DNA from: Rhizophagus irregularis
Taxonomy: Eukaryota
Direction: 5' to 3'
Length of the DNA: 64,000 nucleotides
Assembly: GCF_026210795.1 (NCBI RefSeq)
Contig: NC_089431.1
Span: 4,712,001-4,776,000 of the forward strand
The notes beneath the pieces were generated by a model, which saw nothing but the letters and a program-made list of their open reading frames with translations, made no database searches and had not been told where the DNA came from. Both the position numbers and the translations under genes were made by a program. Shown here in pieces: positions 36,014 to 44,942 of this stretch (the stretch's first letter is position 1; every line of letters starts with the position of its first letter).

Positions 36014-37204
36014 TTACAAAATACTATTGATCCCTACTCGTAATGCTCGACGGTCCATATGACCCTTAGAAAAGATCTGTAAAAGGACCCCGATGCCTTC
36101 TATTATTTTTTTATTATCCAAAGGGTGACTAGACTTCAGGACTTCATATCGGAAGAATAACTCCTTTACGGTCTCAGATTTTGGAATTTCAGTCTTCGCG
36201 GTCCTATCCCGTACTTTCGCTAAGAAGTTTTGGAAGTCTGATCCCAGGGTCTTACCAGATAATCCGTAGGCTTCCCGAAAGACGTACTTAATCCAGGTAT
36301 CTGCGTTCTTAGCTATAATACCAGATACGAGGAGGTGTTTTCTCTCTTTAGGCGATGGATATTCCCGAGCAAACTCAATTAGCTGGAAGGACTTTTTTGC
36401 TTCAGCTACAGCTTTTTGGCCATAAGGACTAAACTTTGATCGAACTGGGTTCAAACTCGGATCGAACGGGGATTGAACTGAGTTCGAACTAGAATCGAAC
36501 TGAGATTGATCAGTGATCGAACTGAGACTAGTATCCCATCTAACCCGAATGGATAACGGATCGCTCTTGGATCTTCTAAGATCAAACACTACAAATTCAC
36601 GTTGCAGAGTAAGATCATCAATTACTGGTGCTAATGACTCTGATTCTTCTGTATATAGGCGGATGATTCTCTTAGTATCGGTCAAACTTCCGTGACCTCC
36701 ATGTAGGGAAATATAATTCACATTTTCACGAATAGCCTTGGGAATGGTAAAGAATCTTTGGGCCACATAAATACATGAAATATTTTTGGTTCGTCCGTGT
36801 GTAAAAAATCCAGTGATGAGATCCTGGGTTTTTTTAGGCGCATCCATCAAATCCTTGAAGATTACCACAGTAGCCTGGGTGGAGTTGAAGTCCTTAACAT
36901 TTGGAATCTCACTATGGGATACTGCGGTAAACGGAATTTCTTCTTCTTTGAAAAAATCACGTACGACTGCCCACTTCGGTTCATCGAGGTATCTGCCAAC
37001 TAGAATTACCGCATCACATAATATGTACCTTTCGCCATCCTCCTTTGCCTTCTTGTCTCCCATTAACAAATTAATAATCATAGTTGTCTTACCCGAGTCA
37101 GAACTTCCTGCTACGGCAAGACGGAAAGGCCATGATGGGGCAAACTCATTACCCTGTCTCGAGTCGGTCGTGTACTCGTCCAAATTGTATACATAAAGAT
37201 CCAT
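36014..37204 (-). CDS. A32/FtsK-HerA-like DNA packaging ATPase (element B)
   Basis: GSSDSGKTT (Walker A), VVIFKDL (Walker B variant), THGRTKNIS, AQRFF and IPKAIRENVNY. Confidence 0.88.
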   Translation of the reverse strand: MDLYVYNLDEYTTDSRQGNEFAPSWPFRLAVAGSSDSGKTTMIINLLMGDKKAKEDGERYILCDAVILVGRYLDEPKWAVVRDFFKEEEIPFTAVSHSEIPNVKDFNSTQATVVIFKDLMDAPKKTQDLITGFFTHGRTKNISCIYVAQRFFTIPKAIRENVNYISLHGGHGSLTDTKRIIRLYTEESESLAPVIDDLTLQREFVVFDLRRSKSDPLSIRVRWDTSLSSITDQSQFDSSSNSVQSPFDPSLNPVRSKFSPYGQKAVAEAKKSFQLIEFAREYPSPKERKHLLVSGIIAKNADTWIKYVFREAYGLSGKTLGSDFQNFLAKVRDRTAKTEIPKSETVKELFFRYEVLKSSHPLDNKKIIEGIGVLLQIFSKGHMDRRALRVGINSIL

Positions 37205-37235
37205 TTGAATTTTATTCTATCTTAGTTTAAATACG

Positions 37236-39418
37236 ATGTCGACACCAATTGCAATTTATACTCCTTCAGAGCCTACTGGACCGCCTCCTAGGGATTTGCG
37301 TGATATGAATAATATACCATTAGTTGCGGTAATTAAGGATCTAACAGATTTTTTAACTGTCAGTGATCGCATGGTTGTTAATCGAGATGTACAAAATGCA
37401 AATCATCGTCTTAAACATGCTCTTAATTTATTAATTCATCGCTGTAGAGAAACATACGAAGAACGCGATATATTAAAAGCGGAACGTGATCGATCTCGAA
37501 AAGAACGTGATGAATTACAAGATGAACTCGAGGTTCAAACGGGTTTGTTAGGTCTTACACAAGATGAGCTAAATAACGTACAAGATACTATTACTAGTTT
37601 AGAAGCTAATTTGGCTGAATTGGAACGTGAGTTTGGTGGTATGCGGACGACTAATCGTCGTCTTCAGCAGCAATATAATCTTATGAGAGGAGAACGTAAT
37701 AGAGCTATAGGTGAACGTAATAGAGCTATAGGCGAGCGTGATGTGGCACGAAATCGGCTTGTATATGCCAATAATCGGGTTCTTTTTGGAATTCGGACAT
37801 TGGGACGTCTTAGGAATCGACTTTTCCAACAAATAGCCGCTCTGCGTATCCAAGTACAATGGTTTCGGATTAGACAATTGAACCTTCCTCCACCTCCTCT
37901 CAACCATTCACAAAATACGATATGGCTGCCGTTGGTATAGCTGCCCCCATATTTCATGGTCGGGAAGATGAAGATCTTAATCTTTTTATTGATAACTTTT
38001 TAGGGTATATTAATACCGTTGGTATTGATCCATTGGACGATGCCGGTGCACCTCCTGGTCGGGTGCGAGCGATGGGGGTTCTTCGTAGCTGTATGAGAGA
38101 TGAAGCGGCGAGGTGGTTTGATGCAGAACTTACTGGAAAAAATTGGGAACTCTCGAATATTCGGTTAGTGGCTACTGCAAATGGTGGAGCCGGTGCTACT
38201 CGCCGAGCGTTCAGAGCTTTAGCTGTTCCTGAGGTTGCTAATGGATTACATGTTGGTACTTACTTACCCGGGTCTGATGTTGATGCATATTCAAGGATTT
38301 TAGCTAATGCGGCGAGAACCGTTGGAGAAACATTTTTCCCATCACGCGCTGATATCGTTAGAACGAATTTTAAAGTTGAAGAGCAGTGGAGGCGTGCGGG
38401 CGGACGTCCTACTCATCAACCCGTTAATGGGTTGGGAAATCATGGAGGTCCATTTAATGCTGCTGTCCAGAATCAACCAATAGTCTTACAGGGGATTCTC
38501 CTGGATCAAGCATTTATGCATATGCGTACAAATTTTCCAACCGTCGTGGAAGAAAGACTTCAAATACGATTTAGTAACCTTTACCAGGAACAAGGTGAAC
38601 CTGTTCGATCTTACTATAAGCGAGTTGAGAGGGCTGGGGATATTGTAGGATATAATCGAATTATGGTTACTGACCAGTTCTATAGAGGACTTTTGCCGGA
38701 AAACGTTATTGAAGCTTCCAGAATCGGGGCGGCACCTCTTAATACATTAATCGATAGATTGAGTGATCTTGAGCGACGAAAGGGCAAAATGTTCTATGGA
38801 TTACAAAGGCGTCAGGGTATTGAAAAGGCTAAAAAAGAGGAATTGGCTGGCTATACTCATCCCGTGACTCCACACGAAGGTGCTGTAATACAAAGGTCGA
38901 CAGACGTTATTACTCAAGAACGATTACAAGAATTGCTCAAGGCACAAGCCGAGGAACTTACCAAGAATTTCCAGGCACAATTTAAACAATTACAAGCATC
39001 TAAGCCAGTTCGTAAACCACCGGTCTATAGACAACAGATTAAACCTGTTCGGCCAAAGCCACGGCCACGCGTTGTTCAGGATCATCAGGATCCTGATTGG
39101 GATGATGGTTATGTAGATCATAATTTTGGTGATGACCCTGGTGACCCTGATGCTCCTGAGTGGACTAGTGAGGATGATCAACATGTTATTGATCTTATTA
39201 TGGGATATGAGACGTCTAAAAGATTTCCAAAGAGACTTCAGAAGGCTAAAGATAGACGCGATGATCTGGAATTAGCCCGAGCAATGAGAAACCTCGATCT
39301 TAATGATGATGCTATGGATATTGATACTAATACCGCGAGTTTTGATGACTTGAAAATTGTTCCCGATGAGGAAGGTGGTTTTCGGATTTGTGCGGTTCGA
39401 AGTACAAAAAAAAAGTAA
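37236..39418 (+). CDS. Gag-like polyprotein (coiled-coil part 37236-37940, capsid part 37922-39418; probably one ORF broken by a 1-nt indel near 37895) (element B)
   Basis: PIFHGREDEDLNLFIDNF, MRDEAARWF, QEQGEPVRSYYKRV (MHR-like) and DQFYRGL; collinear with the fused element A Gag; no zinc knuckle. Confidence 0.82.
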
Positions 39419-40137
39419 ACTCGGATAAGGGTGTAAGTATCTCGAAACTTCTTAAATCTGTTCCAAAAAAATCAGTTAAAATGACTCCTATTAAGATTCC
39501 TGTGAAGGTTACTAGTAGTAAGCCCACACTTATAAAAGCCGTCACCAAAAATGATTCATTAAGTTTATTAAGGTCTGCAGATTTTAGAAAATTACTCCGC
39601 GAGATTCTTCGGGAAGAATTAAAGTCTGCTCGTAAAAGTACGGAGATTCCGGAAGACCTAGTTGAAGAAAAACAAGAAGAGGATATCAGGGAAGATGACC
39701 CGATGGATATTGACATAGCTCGTTTGGAGAATACTAAAGATCTTTTAGCACTGGATGGGAAGGTCAATGGGATAGCAATTCAGTGTTTAGCAGACACTTG
39801 TGCTAACGCGTCTTTTATTCAGAGGGAAGCCGCTGAAGAATTAGTGTTGGATATCGACAAGAGTATTACACATAACATATCCGGCGCTCCGGGTTCTGAT
39901 AGGACATTTGGCATGGTAAAAGGTGTGTCAATCAAACTAACCCCTGATTGTGTAATCACTGAGAATCTCGCGGTTTTAAGCGATTACAAGCATAGGGAGA
40001 TTGGATTGAGCCGGACGTGTCTGAAACGTTACAATTATGATGTCCATGAATCACGTGAACATATTGCCCTTACTTGTAATGAGAAGAATGTTTTTATCCC
40101 AATAGTTTCTGACGTGAATCGAGGAGACAAAAAATAG
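39388..40137 (+). CDS. Retropepsin-like aspartic protease in -1 frame to gag, atypical DTC active-site motif (element B)
   Basis: VNGIAIQCLADTCANASFI; overlaps the gag end at A AAA AAA AAG TAA. Confidence 0.8.
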   Translation: MCGSKYKKKVNSDKGVSISKLLKSVPKKSVKMTPIKIPVKVTSSKPTLIKAVTKNDSLSLLRSADFRKLLREILREELKSARKSTEIPEDLVEEKQEEDIREDDPMDIDIARLENTKDLLALDGKVNGIAIQCLADTCANASFIQREAAEELVLDIDKSITHNISGAPGSDRTFGMVKGVSIKLTPDCVITENLAVLSDYKHREIGLSRTCLKRYNYDVHESREHIALTCNEKNVFIPIVSDVNRGDKK

Positions 40138-40151
40138 GGAATATTTATTTT

Positions 40152-41279
40152 TTATTCCCAAAACTTGCGGATTAAGGCAGGGACATCCTCCTCCAACCGG
40201 TCAGCGGGTTCCCAAGTGGCTTCGGTATCTGGGTATCGTTCCCACTTGACTAGATACTGGTCTTGACCCTTCCTGATGCGATGCCGGAGTATCCGCTCAG
40301 GTACAAATCTTTCGGGTTGCCCTCTTATCACGGAGTCAGGTGGGGGATGTTCATTTTCTGGAACAATCTGCAACTCTTTTCGGGTGTACGCACATCTGGA
40401 TACACCTAGACGCCCGTGTGGTCCATCAAGAAGATACGTAGGAGGCTGTTCGGGTGAGAGGATCATTTTTTTGATGACACGGATATTGGGATTCCATCTT
40501 ATGTCACCTGTACGAAATTTTCTATGGAGTTTATTCCCGAGTACTGAAATAGGTTCGTCTAACTTGACTCGGACATGTGTTCCTTCAGAGAGAAGTTCCG
40601 TCTTTTTTGACACTTTGGGTGACCCTGTCGGAATGTCTGGGGGATTTCTCTGCCAGATTTCATCTATTTTATTAACTACATCACGGAAATCTTCTGACCA
40701 TTCCACGGATGTCACCCCGGTCTTCAACTCCTGTGCCACCATTCGTTTTAGGAGAGGTTCCTGGATTGCTTGGATGGCTCGTTCAGCGTATGATTGCTGT
40801 TTGTGTCTTCCTGGTTCGCCGAACCTCATCATCACCCCTAGGCTGTTCAGGAAAAAATCACGTACCTGATCATTAGTGAATTCTGATCCGGAGTCTGTCT
40901 CTATTCGATGTGTTGGTGGCTTAATGCGATTTCTTCTGTAGATTTTAACAAATCCATTGAGAACCTTATTTGCGGTTTTATCCTTTAGGGGTTCTGCATC
41001 GACTTGTTTACCCGTGACTTCCACCACTACGAGGAAATAGTGGAATCCTTTGGGATCGACTGGCATCTCTGCAAGATCTGCCTGATGTGTTGCATTTGGT
41101 TTCCATACAACTACTCGTGGACGCTCTGATGACTTCTCCTTTAGGGGCTTTTTATATAGGTTGTAGTGCTCCTCACCTTTTAGAATTCGTGCCGGTACTC
41201 TGGAGAGATTGTAGTATTTGTAGTAATTCTCTAAATGCGACATATTACGACAAATTAAAGGAAAGATTTCAGACTTCAA
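40152..41279 (-). CDS. rve (DDE) integrase with C-terminal chromodomain (element B)
   Basis: HQADLAEM, ETDSGSEF and AERAIQ; FVPERILRHR...YLVKWERYPDTEATWEP chromodomain. Confidence 0.92.
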   Translation of the reverse strand: MKSEIFPLICRNMSHLENYYKYYNLSRVPARILKGEEHYNLYKKPLKEKSSERPRVVVWKPNATHQADLAEMPVDPKGFHYFLVVVEVTGKQVDAEPLKDKTANKVLNGFVKIYRRNRIKPPTHRIETDSGSEFTNDQVRDFFLNSLGVMMRFGEPGRHKQQSYAERAIQAIQEPLLKRMVAQELKTGVTSVEWSEDFRDVVNKIDEIWQRNPPDIPTGSPKVSKKTELLSEGTHVRVKLDEPISVLGNKLHRKFRTGDIRWNPNIRVIKKMILSPEQPPTYLLDGPHGRLGVSRCAYTRKELQIVPENEHPPPDSVIRGQPERFVPERILRHRIRKGQDQYLVKWERYPDTEATWEPADRLEEDVPALIRKFWE

Positions 41280-41287
41280 ATCTTAAG

Positions 41288-41608
41288 ATGACACGATTTT
41301 ACTGCCTAAAGTGTAAGAAGGAAACCGAGACTGCTAGTGAAATACAAGATATGACCACAAATGGCCGCTATCGTTTACATGGTGACTGTGTAGTTTGTGG
41401 GATGCATAAGAATACTTTTACTGGGATAGACTGGGTTATCAAAAAGAAAACCAAGGAGAAGAAAAAAGAAACTGCGGCTAAAAGACATCAGATGGCGTAC
41501 AATCGGCAATGCAAAAAACTCGGGCAGAAAATCTTAGATTCTGATGACACGTGTAAGCAGTGTATTGATAAATGCCTTAAGGAGGCAAAAAAGAGGAAGA
41601 CGGATTAG
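41288..41608 (+). CDS. Small zinc-ribbon protein (DUF5679-like) (element B)
   Basis: MTRFYCLKCKK...TNGRYRLHGDCVVCG..KNTF; ATG at 41288. Confidence 0.75.
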   Translation: MTRFYCLKCKKETETASEIQDMTTNGRYRLHGDCVVCGMHKNTFTGIDWVIKKKTKEKKKETAAKRHQMAYNRQCKKLGQKILDSDDTCKQCIDKCLKEAKKRKTD

Positions 41609-41617
41609 TACCGCCTT

Positions 41618-42133
41618 CTAAAAGTATTCCTCATCATCTGAGTCATCGAGAGATACCTCTCCATCATCTGATTCATCATCCGAGTCATCAGGAGTGCGAC
41701 CTTCCTTAAGCAATTGGATGTTGTACGTTATTTGAGTCCATTTCTCCCAGTCAGACTCTTGCGTTATAAAGCCGCATCTGAGGAGTGCTCTTTCTATTAC
41801 TACCATCCCTGCAAACCTGGTGTATTTTTTCTGATCGGCTTCATTGAAATTGTCAATGGCTTCTTTGTAGTAGTCTACTGCCTGTTTGTATACCTCTTCG
41901 GCTTCTTTATGCCGCTTCCACAACTCGGCTTTACAACAGTTATACCAGAGTCTGTTAATCTTGAGATGTTTTCCGAATTCTTTAACCGGAAGGTTTCTGA
42001 CCATCTCTGCTACTATGTCTGGGTCATTGAGGGGTGATGCCTGAATTTGGATCCATTTACGGATTCCATAGATGTCTACAAGATCAAGCCCGAGGTCTTC
42101 GGCAAGAGAAGTGGCGGCGTGTAAGTTTATCAT
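41618..42133 (-). CDS. F-box-like protein with acidic tail (element B), homologue of 18207-18650
   Basis: DPDIVAEMVRNLP...LKINRLW; LWKRHKEAEE; DDSDDESDD tail. Confidence 0.7.
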   Translation of the reverse strand: MINLHAATSLAEDLGLDLVDIYGIRKWIQIQASPLNDPDIVAEMVRNLPVKEFGKHLKINRLWYNCCKAELWKRHKEAEEVYKQAVDYYKEAIDNFNEADQKKYTRFAGMVVIERALLRCGFITQESDWEKWTQITYNIQLLKEGRTPDDSDDESDDGEVSLDDSDDEEYF

Positions 42134-42143
42134 TGTATGTTAC

Positions 42144-42658
42144 TTATAGTTACCTAATCTTCAATTGCCGAATGTATTTTTTCTGACGGGGGTAAGTGGT
42201 CATAGTTCGGGTGCCATAGTTCGGCTGTCATAGTTCGGCTGCCATAGTTCGGGTGCCATAGTTCAGGACATAGGGAATCATACTTGGAGGGTCTAGGTGA
42301 GTATATAAAGGGTAATCATAGCGTGAATCGGGTTTTGGGGTCTGAGGGGCTGACTAAGGCTGCCATAGTATTATTATAAGATTTTTCGTACTATGGCAGG
42401 TACTATGGCAGGAGATTCTGTTTGATTTCGGCTTTATTCGCGTTTTTATTCCATTTTTAAGTACTCTGCCATAGTTGCCATAGTTGTCATAGTAAGTTAT
42501 ATATAAGAAAAAATGTAGAAAAAAAAAAAGTGGAAAAATACCGTGGCAGACCATGGTACTGTGGCAGGTAAACCTGCCCCACGGAGGGGGGATGTAGGTA
42601 CTGCGAGGCCCTGGCCGAGGTGGAGGAACGTTAGTGACTACACTACCAGCCCGACGAC
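42144..42658 (-). repeat. Right TIR of element B (515 bp)
   Basis: Reverse complement of the left TIR with five instead of three 14-bp units. Confidence 0.93.
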
Positions 42659-42663
42659 ACAGA

Positions 42664-42937
42664 TAGGCCATAATAATACTCCATCCATATTAAGCTTTCT
42701 GATATATTTTCCACATACTGTCCCTGGTTTTGTGAGATGTTTGTACATTTGGAACTCCTTAATATTATAGAGGTTATAAAGGTCTGTTTCACCCCATAGG
42801 AGAGAGTTTGCTACTACAGCCCATTTTCGACACACTAATGCATAATTGCAAAGATAATGCCAACGGGAGTAAGTACCTTCATATGAAGTTTTGAATATCT
42901 TTTCTAAAAGTTCGAAAGGTAAGCTATTGTTTGTCAT
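42664..42937 (-). pseudogene. 5' half of split F-box gene of element A
   Basis: NSLPFELLEKIF...ALVCRKW F-box; ...LLWPIC continues as IVKMLQAC at 27362. Confidence 0.88.
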
Positions 42938-43041
42938 GGTATCTCATATGAGATATTGATGAAGAAGTTTTATTTAATTAGATTTTTTCTTAGGATAAAA
43001 TAATTTGAACATTTCTTTTCTATCAATAGAAAAAACCAGAC

Positions 43042-43833
43042 ATGCTTACTTTTAGTGAACTTACTCCATCTCTTACTGTTACTGAATTTAAGATCAATGT
43101 TGAAGGGCTTGATTACACCGTGCTTGGTCATAAGCTTGAACCTACTAAGGATGTTATTGCCATTAATAGCAACTTTATTCATAAAGCTTTTGAGGGTTAT
43201 GAACAGTACTTGTCTAAACCAAAAGGTGAGAGGCGATGCAGACGAAGTACACCTGACAATCCATTAAATAGACGGCGACGTACAGGGGATGGTAGCACTT
43301 TTAATGCATGCATTGAGTTTGTTATCATCTTAGCTGATACTGTACATACTATTCGTTATTTTCCTAAATCTGGTAGTATACAAGTTTTCGGGTCTTTTGA
43401 TCCTGTTGCTATCTTCTTACGTTACCTTTCTGAATGTTCCCTACCTGAATTTTCTTCTGTAGAACTTGTGGGTGAAAATAAGGCTCTCCTGCGCAATTAT
43501 AAATTTGTGATTAATATTGGGGGTGATAAGTTTATTAATCTTTCTACCTTAGCATATGCTTTAGAATCTATAGATGGTATTCGTGAGATTCTTCCCTTTC
43601 CGATAAAGTATATTAAGAATGATGCAGGTGATATTCATTCTAAAATTGCTATAATCTTTACTTCAAAGATTCGGGTACATATCTGGCCTAAATCTGGTAA
43701 GGTTAATATATTTGGCACTAAGACTGAATTGGATGCTGATATGGTTTATAAGTTCTTACAGAAGTTGTTTTCTAATCCATATAATTTTGGAGATTTTATT
43801 TGTGATGCACCTATTCCAGATTGCGAGAGGTAA
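43042..43833 (+). CDS. Viral-type TATA-binding-protein homologue (ASFV B263R-like) (element A)
   Basis: Two TBP-like repeats IRYFPKSGSIQVFG and VHIWPKSGKVNIFG; AINSNF, GDGSTFN and PIPD match my recollection of asfarvirus B263R. Confidence 0.85.
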   Translation: MLTFSELTPSLTVTEFKINVEGLDYTVLGHKLEPTKDVIAINSNFIHKAFEGYEQYLSKPKGERRCRRSTPDNPLNRRRRTGDGSTFNACIEFVIILADTVHTIRYFPKSGSIQVFGSFDPVAIFLRYLSECSLPEFSSVELVGENKALLRNYKFVINIGGDKFINLSTLAYALESIDGIREILPFPIKYIKNDAGDIHSKIAIIFTSKIRVHIWPKSGKVNIFGTKTELDADMVYKFLQKLFSNPYNFGDFICDAPIPDCER

Positions 43834-43853
43834 AAAAATGGTTTCACTGAAAA

Positions 43854-44537
43854 CTAGAAACCCTCTATTTGTAAAATCCAGCAATCGCATTCATGACTTC
43901 TTGTTGGCATAAGACATTCGTCACATAGAGTTATAGCCAACTCATTTTTTAGCCTATCCAGCTGACTCTCAGTGGTTGGTGCAAGATTTTGGTAGTATTC
44001 ATTGAATTCATTCTGCTCTTCTTCATTTATGTCTTCATCTATATCTTCATCTGTGTCTTCATCCATATCTTCATCTCCTTTTATATGATAGATGCTGAAT
44101 TCATTTCTATATTCATCATTAGGATTTGTGAATATTCTTTGTATATTGTAATCTATAATGTTGAATGTTGTAGGTTTCTTTTTTGATAATATTTCTACTA
44201 AGTCTAATAATGCATATGCTAATTCTTTATCCTCTGAGAAGTTCTTAATGATATCTGAAAATCTTTCATATATTGCCATCTCATCTGGTAGAATAGAATA
44301 TCTTATTCGTGATAAAAGTGATGGATGTATCCATATATCATCACCTTCTAACATGTCATCAAATATTTCTACTAGCTCTTCTAATCCAGATACTAACATA
44401 CTTTCTTTGCTAAATTCGGAATCTAAAGCTTTTAAATATGCTATATCTAAATACCACATTATTTCCTTTACCCATTCTTCTATGTTGAGTTCAAACTGGC
44501 CTAGTATACGTCTTAGTAATGGTCTGTATTGTGACAT
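43854..44537 (-). CDS. Acidic hypothetical protein with C-terminal Cys cluster (element A)
   Basis: 227-aa ORF directly inside the right TIR; ends LCDECLMPTRSHECDC. Confidence 0.75.
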   Translation of the reverse strand: MSQYRPLLRRILGQFELNIEEWVKEIMWYLDIAYLKALDSEFSKESMLVSGLEELVEIFDDMLEGDDIWIHPSLLSRIRYSILPDEMAIYERFSDIIKNFSEDKELAYALLDLVEILSKKKPTTFNIIDYNIQRIFTNPNDEYRNEFSIYHIKGDEDMDEDTDEDIDEDINEEEQNEFNEYYQNLAPTTESQLDRLKNELAITLCDECLMPTRSHECDCWILQIEGF

Positions 44538-44561
44538 CTTGTAAGTCTTTTATATGTGAAT

Positions 44562-44942
44562 CTTTTATTCAATTACATTTTTTCTCGGTATAAGGGAAAT
44601 TGCTTGCCTTGCTATTCCGCTCTATTGACTCCATGGCTGGTTTCCTGGATGGGTTAATATTTCCTTACCTTTTTTGGCTCCGTTGGCTTTGAAATCCTAT
44701 TTCTTGTTCGGTTGGGGGTAAGTAGGTGAAAATATTAATAAATGATTTAGATTATGAAATAAGTAGGATATAAGTAGGTGAAAATATTAATAAACGGTTT
44801 AGATTATGAGATAAGTAGGTAAAAATATAAAAAAGGTGATTTAGGTTATAAAATATGTAGCATATAAGTAGGTGAAAATATTAATAAACGGTTTAGATTA
44901 TGAGATAAGTAGGTGAGCCAGAATTGGGGTTTTCATACTACT
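44562..44942 (-). repeat. Right TIR of element A
   Basis: Reverse complement of 17787-18167; ends TACTACT. Confidence 0.95.

Larger units (their letters stand above)
27368..42658. mobile_element. Polinton-like element B (15291 bp), nested in element A
   Basis: TIRs 27368-27854 and 42144-42658 starting GTCGTCGGG; 5-bp TSD ACAGA (27363-27367, 42659-42663); encodes helicase, PolB, A32-like ATPase, Gag, protease and chromo-integrase. Confidence 0.93.
17787..44942. mobile_element. Polinton/Maverick-like element A (11860 bp without nested element B)
   Basis: 381-bp TIRs starting AGTAGTA; 5-bp TSD AGAGG (17782-17786, 44943-44947); encodes pPolB and rve integrase; removal restores the target ORF in frame. 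Confidence 0.95.

Noticed and set aside
17787..44942. A single 27-kb Maverick with duplicated genes
   Set aside because: Internal TIR pair, ACAGA TSD and the in-frame split F-box gene show two separate elements.
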